Shown here: one piece after another, positions 26,204 to 38,200 of the stretch
How positions within the stretch are numbered: the stretch's first letter is position 1
How the letters are laid out: each line of letters starts with the position of its first letter
Assembly (NCBI GenBank): GCA_965153285.1
Contig: OZ229121.1
Reading direction: 5' to 3' (one strand)
DNA length: 64,000 nt
From: Podarcis tiliguerta
Lineage: Eukaryota
Program-made: the position numbers and the translations under genes
Notes under the pieces: generated by a model
Seen by the model: the letters and a program-made list of their open reading frames with translations, nothing else
Database searches by the model: none
Told to the model about the DNA's origin: nothing

Positions 26204-29200
26204 TACAGCAAGATTTAAATTCCTTCAGGTTCTTTCATACTTACTGAATAAGGAGGTGTAGGCAAAGAAATTTTTGAAACAACTCTTACTCTATGCTCAT
26301 TTTTCCTGCGCCTAAAATGAAAAATTGAAGTATTGACAACTACAGAGTTATTTTCATCCAACTCTTCGGTGAAAGGAAAAGGATATGGTAAAGGCACACG
26401 AGATTCAACTTCATATGTATCTTCTTCCTCGCTTTTTTCTGACTTCAAGCCACTGAATAGATTTGATGCCCAATATGTACGGTAGGAATCCATTCGAGAA
26501 TAACGTTGCTGCCTTCGCTCATCAGATAGGGCTATTTGCCTTAGCTATGAAAGGTTTCAATATACTGACAAAAAATTGCAGAGAAGTTCACCAGTTGTCT
26601 GACTGCTGCAGAGAGCCAGGAACTATCAGTTCACATCCGGATAAGTAACCCGCAAGTAAGGAGAAGCCCAAGTAAATATCAACTTGAGAAGAAAAGAAAG
26701 TGTCAACATTTGCAGACTTCACTGAACTACGACTTTCCCCCTCAGAACCAAACTCGAAAAGGTATTTTAAACAAAAAGAATTAGTAATGTGAGGCAGGCA
26801 TTCATTGAGGGAACAAGGTATCTTCATTATTAGGCCATGTAACGACAAGCAACAGGCAGTTAATCAATCCATTACAGGAGAAAAAAAAATTGCAGCAGTT
26901 GTCAATTGAAAAAACAAAACAAAACACCTGCTACAGTGAGGTCAAAAATACAAAAAGTGGCACACTATTTGGCTTTGATTACTTTCTTGAAAGAATTCTC
27001 CTGAAGTTAGATAAAACTTCACCGTGCAAAGTGAAAGCCTCTCTCTCTCTCAATGCCTCTGTTGAGGAAGAGGTCAGGACAATGGGAGTGGCTTAATTTC
27101 TTTACTGCAGGTACACAAGCCGATGGAATTTGAATTAGCACACCCACAGTAAACCTTGCCCGACAAGATTCAAAATCCAAGTCAGAGCAGAGAAGCTGTA
27201 TTCGTAAGGGAATAAAACAATAGCTTCAAGACTAAAAGACTATTTTCAATGCTTTGTAAAAAAGAACATTTCTAAAATACAGTTGCATCTCCAGATCTTT
27301 AATGTTGACAGCCTTAAAAACACTCCTAGCAAGGTTTCTCTTTCTATTAGGATCAATGTGCAAGTCCATGAATTAGATGATAGGCCAAATTCATACTGTT
27401 TCTAGATTTTTTTGGCACAAAGATCACCTTATCATCACAACATAGTTCCTTTGGAAGTTTAAGGGAGATGAGGGAAGACAGAAAGGAGAATAAGATTTTG
27501 ATTACATCCTTTGAAGAAACAAGTTGTAAAATGATGCACTTATTGTCCATTAGAAAATAAATATTTCATTTAACTTGCTGGGCATTTTCTACTTGTTCTC
27601 TTGCAAGAGAGTCTTGAAAAACTAAGTTGACAAAATTAAACTTGATAGACAGATATGAAATAGAATTGTTGTTGTTGTTTAGTCGTTTCCGACTCTTCGT
27701 GACCCCATGGACCTGAGCATGCCAGGCACTCCTGTCTTCCACTGCGTCCCGCAGTTTGATCAAACTCATGTTGGTAGCTTCAAGAACACTGTCCAACCAT
27801 CTCGTCCTCTGTCATCCCCTTCTCCTTGTGCCCTCAATCTTTCCCAGCATCAGGGTCTTTTCCAGGGAGTCTTCTCTTCTCAGGAGGTGGCCAAAGTATT
27901 GGAGCCTCAGCTTCACGGTCTGTCCTTCCAGTGAGCACTCAGGGCTGATTTCCTTAAGAATGGATACGTTTGATCTTCTTGCATGGGACTCTCAAGAGTC
28001 TCCTCCAGCACCATAATTCAAAAGCATCAATTTTTCGGCGATCAGCCTTCTTTATGGTCCAGCTCTCACTTACATACATCATTACTGGGAAAACCATAGC
28101 TTTAACTATACGGACCTTTGTTGGCAAGGTGATGTCTCTGCTTTTTAAGATGCTGTCTAGGTTTGTCATTGAAATAGAATAGTACATTTCAAATTCAAAG
28201 ATGTATCTGATCCATTCACCTGTTTCTAAGAGGGATGGAAGAGCTCTCATTTGAGCACTGAGATTCGTTTCAAATGCATTTAACAGACTGAGGCTATAAT
28301 ACTATGATGCAGGTTCCAAGTTCAAATGTGGCACCATTTTGAGGCATGCAAGAAATGTGATTTCTTCGTTGAGCACTAAAACTATGCATGCTACAATCTA
28401 TTGCTTTTTCCAAAAGTCGTTCTAGGTTTCAGGTTCAAAACTGACCTTTTTGATAGGGACTATTTTTGAAAGGGAAATATTCAGCACTGAAAAACTGGAT
28501 TCAAACTTGGTGTGCACATTCATGGCACCATTCTAAAAGTTCCAAGTATTTGAGGAAGAGGGAGAAGAGATGGGTAAACACCTAGGTGCAATGACTCAAA
28601 ATATTGAAGAAAAATGTTGAGATGGAAAGATAAAAGGCTTCCAATAGGATAAGCAGGTTGAAACAATTGCAATGAAACAACGTTCATTGGAACGTTCCGG
28701 ATGCAAGACCTATTCAATCCTACGATTCACTAGTTTTTAAAATGAAGTATTTTCTTTCTAGGAAAGCCAACACTGAAAAAACTGGATTGCAAATGAAATC
28801 CTATTGCAAGTTACACTGGCATACACATATCTTTCTGGAAATAATAAGAATTGTATAAACACTAGTTGAAACTGGGAACAACTGCACATTCCACACTTTG
28901 AGGGCACCGATGGTATAGGTCTGAAGGAATCCAATTTACTTCCTCACGCGGAGGTACTAGGCAATGTTTGTGTGCAGCTTCCCTGTACCCAAAGAATTGG
29001 CCCTTCAATTAATGGATACACACACCAGCCTATAAGAATTTAAATCCACAGAACGAGAAATATCTGCTCTCCCAAGGAAGGAATGATCAAAGTCATGGCA
29101 ACCAAAGAAACAACTTTCAAATAATTTGATTTAGCTTATCACAACTTTGAACCGTTTACGTCACTGTCTTAAATACATTTAAACATTTAAATGAAAGAAA

Positions 29201-32200
29201 CCTCTGAAAACATAAGAGACTTCAAAAGATCTGAAAAACTTACCACAATCCCCAAAAAATCATATAATATTGTAGGTGTACCACCACCAGAAGGGGAAAT
29301 GGAGGTGGAAAATCAATACATCTGGCTCAACAGATAAACAGGTATCAGGGCTATAGATACTTTTTAAAGAGATGCTAATGCTTACTTTTCTAAATCTATC
29401 CTACAGTACTATATACTATATAAGGATGTCATCATGCTGTGGTTTCCATGGCCAGCAACAGATGGCTCTGTGAACTACAACGTGAAGAAGGAAAAGCAGT
29501 GTTGGCAGTTGAGGATGATGGAAATAGAGATAGGGGCAGCCCACACAAGTGAGTGAACAGGCAGGTGACAGTGCAGGTGAGCAGGTGGCCCAGATGATCA
29601 ACACAGGTATCAGGTAGCCTAGGCAAGCCACAGAGGAAAACCCAGGGCAGCTCCCCACCAACCATTCAGCTCTGCTGCCACTGCCCACCGCCCACCGATA
29701 TTGCTGTTTTGGCCTCAGCAGCATTGGAGTAGAGAAGGAAGTAAGCAGAGGCAGGTGGGAACCCCAGGCAGGCCGCTGAGGAACACTCGGGACAGCACAG
29801 GGGAGCTGTCGAACAACCATCCTACCACTTCGCTGCTCCTCAACTTCTGCAGCTAAGGCCAAGGCACCCATGTCAGTGTGAGTATAAACAGAGGGTGGGA
29901 GGGGTGGGGGTCTAAAGGAGAAAGTGTGGTTGGGATAAGTTGTAAGGAGAAGGGGGAGAGGAGGTTGGGATGAGATGCTAAGGGAGAAGATTTTCAAAAC
30001 CTATACTGTATCCAATAGTGTTTTGCAACCCATTCCTCAATAATCTACTAAGGATATAATTAAGGAGTGCTACCTGATTGGTGGTTTCGTTTATTGTTTC
30101 CAGAAGTTTTTCAACGGCTGCCTGAAGTCGAGAACTGATATTTAAAACCAGCTCTTCATTTTTGGGGTCTACTTCCACTCCAGCAAAGCCATGCTCCGTG
30201 AGGTACTGTGAGAGTTCAAGGCCTTCATCTGTGACTTCTGACCACATGCTAGGGCCATCACCTTCTACATCGCTGCCATGATACGAAGATGATGCCTTTT
30301 CTACATAAAAATAATAATGATGATAATAATATGAGTAATGGTGTCTTGTAAAGCTTTTTGGTATTAAAAATGGTAAAACAGGTTCATATATATATACAGA
30401 ATGAATTATGATCAAATAAATAGTACAAATACACATATATAATAATATATGGCCATACTTACACTGTAAAAGCAGGACATCACAGCAACAACAAAAAATA
30501 CATTTTGCACTAAAAGTTACACAAATAAGGTAGAGAGAATGTTAGCAAGCAGAAACAGGCAATAGAAAAGGAGATACTAACAGAAGAAAAATATTTTTGT
30601 AGCATGCTATAGTCTATTCCTCTTGTAGGGGGTACGTAACTGGAAACTAATCTTATTGGCTTCTGTTAGTGTGTCCCAGTTTGGAATAAGCAGCTGCACA
30701 TTGCAAGCATATAGAATGTAAGCAGACTGCACTTCAGTACCACTTTGAGCCATAACATTCAGATTATGCCCTTAATAAATTACTATTGGGCAATTAAATC
30801 AGGGAACTATTCATATCGACATCAGGGTTTGTTTTTGCATTTGTTTGTTTGTTTGTTTGTTTGTTTAAAAAGATATACCAAGCGGGCTGCAATTCTATGG
30901 AGGGATATATGGGTTGGGAAAAAATTATTCCTGCTCTCAACTGGCCTGCTTGGGGCCAACTTTATCTCTCCTTAAGTCTCCTCCTGGGAAATCTACTCTC
31001 TTAGATTTCCCAGCAAACGAAATATATTGTCTCCACCACTAGTGTAAATTAAAACAAAACAAAACAGCACCCTGCCTCTGTATTTACCCAGTGTTGCCTT
31101 TTACTCGGATCTCAGTTTTGATCAGTATTTTCCAGTTTAAAATTAAAATCCACTGTCAGTAATGAAGCCAGCAGCAGCAGTTTTGCAAGAGCTTTCATGT
31201 CCAAAGCAGCAAAAAGGAAGTCCTGGTTCAGATGTAAGAGTCATCTTAAATTAATAAACTATGATTTCACGTCATCAATAATAGTCAAGGACTAAAGCAC
31301 AATTTCTCCATTAGGTTGCAATGCGAACCTGTCATTAAAAGAAGAACTGGAGGCAGCTGGGTAGGAAGAGACAAGAAGGGAACGCACAGGCACACTCTCT
31401 CAGGCCTTTAAGGACTGCAGTTTTCTCAGCTCTGTCTGAATTAGGACCATGGCAAGAGGTCTATATAGGAATAATTTTATAGTGCCCTTTCCTCTTTGGT
31501 GAACTAGTCAGTATGAACTGAAGTAGGCACCACCAACACATCTTGCTTAGGCTTTCAGAGCCTTGGTGTACCACTTTTTATAACATCCATGAAATATTTT
31601 CCTTAATATGAATTACTGTTACATATCTCCTTTTATAGTTTTCATAAGGCCAACGTAAAATTCCGTAAAACTGCAACACTCCATGAACAAAAATAAAATA
31701 ACATAGTTTTTATATGAATGGAATGAATAGCTGGATGAGTGTCAAGTTTACATTCACATGGCACCTTTCATCTGCACAGGATGTCAAAGCACTTTACATG
31801 CCCTGCAGGATTCAAACTCAGAGCCATCAGCGTGCAGTTCCCTTAGGGATTTGCTGGCAAATGTTTTCGGCCAACTCATTGCGCAACATTTAGGATGGAT
31901 TTGGAGAAAGGAAGAGTTTAAAAACTTTCCAAACCCTTCTTAAAAAAAACAAAAACAAAAACTTTCTACAGACTTAACCGCTCACCCTTTTTACAATATG
32001 CAAAGTGTTACTATTCCATCAGGAGGTGAAGGGCCTCCTGGTGTCAAAGCGTATTTACTGCAGGAGCTTTAATATCCTCAGAGTAGAAAGGACCTTTGAG
32101 ATGCACATCCAGGATACTGTTTGGTCAATGTTAATACATTGGTTAAGGCTGAGTCGGGGGAAGCATAACCCCGTACTGAGCCACCGACACCACTTACGGA

Positions 32201-35200
32201 CGCAACGGATGCTCTTTGAAGTTCACCCATCTTTAAGTACTGACCAGGTAAGAGACCCTGCTTAGCTTCTGACAAATTAGAACCTGGAGTACAGTAAGCA
32301 GAGCTACAGAAAAGATACAGTCAATTATAAAGATATATTAGTTACTGCGTATTCTAAGCTATGTGCAAAGTCCAATGGGTATATATTACTCTGGCCCAAT
32401 CCACAACTTCATTACACTGCATGCCATTGCACAATGCCCCCTTTGACCCAGGAAATAGGGCACCCAAGCTTGCAGCTTTGGCCATGCGTCCTCACTATTA
32501 GTCCTTCTGGATAGGGCATTAACTTCAGAAGGTGCATCACAGCATGCCTCAAGTATCTGTAGACCTGAGGAATGGCTGTGGGTTAAGAGTCTAGCAGTGC
32601 CATGCAGTTCAGCAAAGCTGACTCCCTTGCCAGTTTAACTCTTGTCTTCCAGCTATATCATGCTTTTCATGGAAAGAGAAATGCACCCTTGTCATTTAGC
32701 TTGCAGACTGTAGGTTTGCTTGCTTTTCTAACCCCCCTTAAGTAACATGAGATTTTAAAACTGTTGCTAACCAAAAAAAAACCTTTAAACTTATCCTTGC
32801 AGGGAAAATGCATGTAGTTCACATTAATCTACCATACCCTATAATCTAAGTCCTGACAGGAATTTTTTGCTGAGCTTGTATGGCTGGATGTATTGTGCTT
32901 TAGTAAGCTACTTTAGAATACAGGATGCTATTTTCATAGAATTACACAGATGTGCAAGAACATTTGAACTTCTTAAGGTCTATGAGGTTTTCATGCATCA
33001 AATCAGCAGGTTTTGTGCTGACTTAGCCTTTGTTTTAAGCAGCTCATGTTTTTTCAAGTGTTTATACGTACAATTACGAAGTAAATCTCCCTTATGTATT
33101 CCAGTGGCTGAGGGGCTGTGAAAGGATTACAAATATTTTGAAGTTACATTTCTAAAGCCTTGTGTTGGCTCTAGCTATTTATTAACCAAACAGCTCTAAT
33201 ATTGTGATAATTGGTATGGGGGGCAGCTCCTGTGATTAGTCGGGACCCGTTTATGCCCTGTCCTAATGGAAGCTGAGCCAATGGTGGGATGCTCAACTCT
33301 GGCCAAGAGCTCATACAATCATGCTTGTTCCTCCATCTGGTACCACACAGTGATGCCAACACAGAGGGGAGAATTATTTCCCTTGGTTCACCTCAGGCTA
33401 TACTTATGGGGCTGAGATGTAGACTTTGCCTCAGTTTCTGGCAAGCCTATGCAAGTGGAGGCTGAATAGCAACAGGGGAGCGAACGCCTTGGTGTGAACA
33501 GGGAAAGTGTCAGTATGATAACAGACCCAAAACAACTTCCCACTCCTCCACAACTTTGCAGTTTGATTCTGGTTGCTATTTCACAGGAGCTGTGAGTCAA
33601 GGATGCCATTTTAGGTGGTTCAACACCAGAAGCTACCTTCCATTCCTAACTGTTCATAATGCACAGTCTAATCCGCTGCACTAACAAACATTAAACCCGA
33701 ATAATGCATGTTGGACGGCCAACTACTCTATTCTTTTTTATACATAATATTTAGCTAATTTGTGGGAGAATAACACTGATTCCAATGAAACTGTGAAGTG
33801 TTACAAGCTTTTATCATTCACAAAGGAAAAGCTGAATAGGGACACTGTAAAATAACTGAATCATTGAATGCATCGTGAAGGCTTCAGCAGTCCATGACAT
33901 AAGCTCTTTATAAATAAGAATGAGTTGCTGGACGTCTTACATTAATGTCACTTCTATTTACATAAGGTATGGTCCCCATATATAAACTATCAAAAATGAC
34001 CCTTTCTGTGTTGCGTTTGGCGCTCAGACATAGCCAAATACCAAACTTTCCCTTGCCATTCCGTCTATCCTGTTCTTATGCTATCTAAACTTTCCAATTT
34101 GTTTACCTGTCACGAATTCAGAATAGTTTTGCAACATATACGTTTTGTCTACTTTCCTCTGGCTTACACATACAGCTTCCCCCTACACCAGTGATGAAGA
34201 CGGCTGTTTCTTTACCCATCTATAGTTGCTGACCACACCCAAAAGCAATCCTTCCTTGAAGAGTCCAAAAGAAGGCCTTCATTCACACACCCTCTCAAAG
34301 AAGCATCTCAATGAGTTACATAAAACCAAACAAAGCATGAAATGACAGATTATGCTAAATATATGATTGCATCTTAAGATCAATTTTTAAGATTAAAGAC
34401 TTATGTTTTAAATCCGCAATTCCTAATAACTAATGTTTTATATGAGAGGGCATTTTTTTGTATTTTGATGCAGATTTAATTAATCATACATTTTTTGTAA
34501 AAGCTTGAGATTTCTCTCTTCCTCTTCAGTAACTTTTATGCTGCTGCCATCTTAACAGCACTACTCGTTTCCTCTTATTCATCCATGCCTCTAGAAAGCA
34601 GAGTCATGGCACATTAACCTGGCTAGGCCTGGACATATTCCAAAGTTATTCCAACCTTTATTGAACTAACAGAACTCGACAACAGGGGCAAAGCAACTGC
34701 TTCTATACATTTCTGAAGGCCTGGGCCACTCCCACTCCCAACATGATTGACTATCTAAATTTCCAAGCTCTGAATCTTAACTCAGAGATTAAGGGCCAAT
34801 GGCAGAGGCCCAAATCCTAAATTGTTCTGTGATTGGATATCATGTCTCAAATCAGAACACAGAGGCTCAGAATCCTTAATCCAGACTCAAACTCAAGCAA
34901 ACACAGACCACTGAATATGTAACAGGCAGCAACACTGGTGTAAGCTCCTCCAGAAAGTCTTAGATTGCTCCTGAACAAAGATTTTTGCATTGATTTGCAA
35001 TAAATATCAATAGTTAAGAATAATTACAATATGGTTACATAGCAAATGTTTGTGTAGGTGCACCAACACAAATCATGGTAACCTGCATATGACTTATATG
35101 CTATGCTTTACTGGTATTTTGCCCAATTTGGGGTCTTCCTAAAAAAAGCTCAACTTTTGGGGTGTCCTAGTTTTACATGGAGGCACTTTCTGCATTGGAA

Positions 35201-38200
35201 TTTTGTCTTATCTGAAAAAGTCTTCAGTTGCAGACCAGATAGCATTCTTGTATAATACCACATGGAGTTCTGTACTATTGCACAAGCACAGTGGTAGATA
35301 ATTATTTGCAGGCACAGCAAGTCCTTGATTATATAACCATCTCTGACATTAAACCCCCAAATCTACTGGGATTTATTTTTTTAGCTTGGTTGACATACTA
35401 CACCAAAAGAATAGAGTTGCTTACTAAATTCCAGTCAGCTGTGCTATCTCAATTTATCACCAAATGTGTATTTTGGCCTTACGTATCATTTAAAATTGAG
35501 AGGGTATTTTATAGGAACTGATGTTTTTAACTATGTGAGTTCAGCTGACATAGTTGGCCAATTCAAGGAAACAGCATTTAACTTAATATTCCAAACCATT
35601 TCTTATAACATATACTGGCTGTGTTTGTCCATCACAATAAACCATGGTTTAGTGTAATAAGCACCAACCACAAGTGTCATGGTCAAGTCACAAGACTCTT
35701 TTACTCCTACGTGGCCAGGAGGAATTGGAAGCTTTTACTTGCCTTTTGCTTTTCCTTAACCAAGCTTTGTAATCTGGTGAGACCAACTATGGCTAACATG
35801 ATTTTTCTAATCTAAAAAAAATATCATTAAATCAGAGTGAATTTATAATTCACACATTAGAGAAACTTAAGGTACACCTAAAACAGCCGTAAATATATAT
35901 CCACTACTTTAGCATAACTCTTGTTTTAAATTCATTAAGTGTCATGGCACCTACCCTTTGGAATCCGCTCCCCCCCCTCCCTGGTCACATATTAGACATC
36001 CAGTCTCTGTTGTCCTTTTGGTGCCTCCAGAAGACCATACTCGTTCAACAAGCCTTTTAAGTGGAGATCCCAGTCTGCATCTGTACTGGAACTATTTTAA
36101 CTGTTTGCATACATGGAATTGTTTTTAAAAGTTTGTATTGTTTTATACAGAATCATAGTATCATAGAATTATAGAGCTGGGAGGCACCACGAGGATCATC
36201 TAGTCTATGCATACTCAACAGGTCGATCAACTATGAGTAGATCACAGTGTCTTGGGAGTTGGAAGTGCCTGATCCAGAGCCTCAGGCTCTACTGAGTGAG
36301 CCATGTGATAAGGACATATATGAAATTGTTTTAAATTGTGTGTTTTTTCTCACTTTTTTGTAACAGATTTATTTGTTTTGATAATTGTATATTTTATTCT
36401 TATAACTTATCCTAGATCTTGTGACAAAGGGCAAGTAAAATAATAATGATAATGATAATACAAACAAATAGTAAGCAGGGCTCATAATTGGAGCCAAGGA
36501 TAAAGGCAGTCCCCCTCTCATACTGAGAATGGAAGGTGCAGATTTCTTCATATTTAACTATGATGCACTCTTACTCTTTCTGTTCACAGAATGAACAATT
36601 CATTTTTATAATAAAAATTAGAAGCCTTCGTGCTGAAACAGGTAGCGAACAAAATGTCATGTCATTAAATTATATACTCTATAAATCAGTATGACAAGGT
36701 TCATCAGTGTTTATTTTTAAATACTGAGACAAGTTAGTACAAGTTTAAGAAGGCAAGTATAGTCTTGTATTTCACTGCACACATTACCTATGCTCCAAAG
36801 AGCAGAATTACAACAAATGACTAACTGAGGGCCACCATAGATGAGACATGGGGAGTCCAGGGCTGGAAGTTGTTGTACTACAACTCCTATCAACCACACT
36901 AAGCACGACCAGTAGTTAAGATGCTACCAACAACTAGAAGGGGTACCAGGTTGCCTATCCCTGCTCTATGGTAATGTCAAACAACAATCACAAAAGCGTT
37001 TCAAAACCATTTGATAAAACAATATACCGTATTGGCCTGAATATAAGCTGCACTTTCCCCCCAAATTCCGACCGTGAAAAATTAAAGTGCGGCTTATATT
37101 TGTGACCTTACAAAAAATATCCAGTATGACCTTACAAAAAATATCCAGTATCCAGGAGCGCGGGGCAAACAGCACCAGGAGCCCGAAATCCCCTATCCTC
37201 TCCCCCAAGGCTAAAAAGGGAGCAGCTTATATTCAGGTATTGTCTTTTTTTCTTCCCCCCCCCCCTTGACTTTTAAATGTGTGGCTTATATTTGGGTGCA
37301 GCTTATATTCGGACCAATACGGTATTAACTACATAATACTGCCTGAGTAAAATGATCCCAAACTAGCTTTTTCTCCTGCATAGACACAATTCTTTTTTTA
37401 TTTCTCACAAGATTTAATTAAGGCTTTTTCATAATACAATACAATAAAAAACTAACATAAATAAGAACGAAAACAGGAAAAGAAAATAAAGAGAAAGAGA
37501 AAAGAAAATGCAGATTTTTTCTCTCAAAGGTAGATCTGCGTCCTACACAGAAAGGGGTGGACCCTCCCAGCTCTCACCTGGGAGCTTCCCCATCTTCTTC
37601 CCGTCTCTCATGTTGGGAGATCCTCCCTTCCCTGCCTCTCTCTCTGGGTCATTCACCAACCAACCATCACCTTCATGTTTGTATAATTCCAATAATGTCC
37701 CAGATTAGAGGACACCAAGGAAAGCAAAAGAGGAAAAAAGAGAGAAGGAAGGATATAAAAAAGAATAGAAGAAAAAACGGGGAAAGGAAAAAAGAAAAAT
37801 CGATAAAAAGGACTTCTGATGTTCCGTCTGTCAGTTATATACATAAAAAATATAAAATATTCACTCTAGGATGACATCCTGCTTTTCTACCTTCTGCTAG
37901 GCAATACGTCCCCAATCTTCAGTCCCAAATGTCTCAGGTTCATGCATTTTGTCTTCTACACAAAACGTAATTATTATTAACAAATGACAGCAATATTTTT
38001 TCTCCACTAACTTCAACAACCATTCATCCATACTAAGCAATACTAAACATTTTCTTCTTTATTCACACAAGAGTCTCCCCACTGTAGTCAGACTACAGAG
38101 ATACAATTCAAGCACTAATTTGCCTTTGAAAATCTAGATAATGTTCCATTCATTCCTCTGTTGTCACAAGCATCTGTTTGCAGTGATTTCTGGTTAGAGA

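Noticed and set aside
26588-26848. 86-aa ORF as an independent gene
   Set aside because: Starts at a TTG with a stop shortly upstream; only its 3' part is supported, through the 26682 acceptor.
29416-29997. 193-aa minus-strand ORF
   Set aside because: GC-rich low-complexity intronic sequence with no recognisable domain and no supporting splice structure.
32222-32272. 5S rRNA gene
   Set aside because: Only a diverged internal fragment followed by SINE body, so it is called as a SINE head.
33170-33620. GC-balanced unique block that might be an ancient conserved element
   Set aside because: I could not match it to any family from sequence alone; it needs a Dfam or conservation search.
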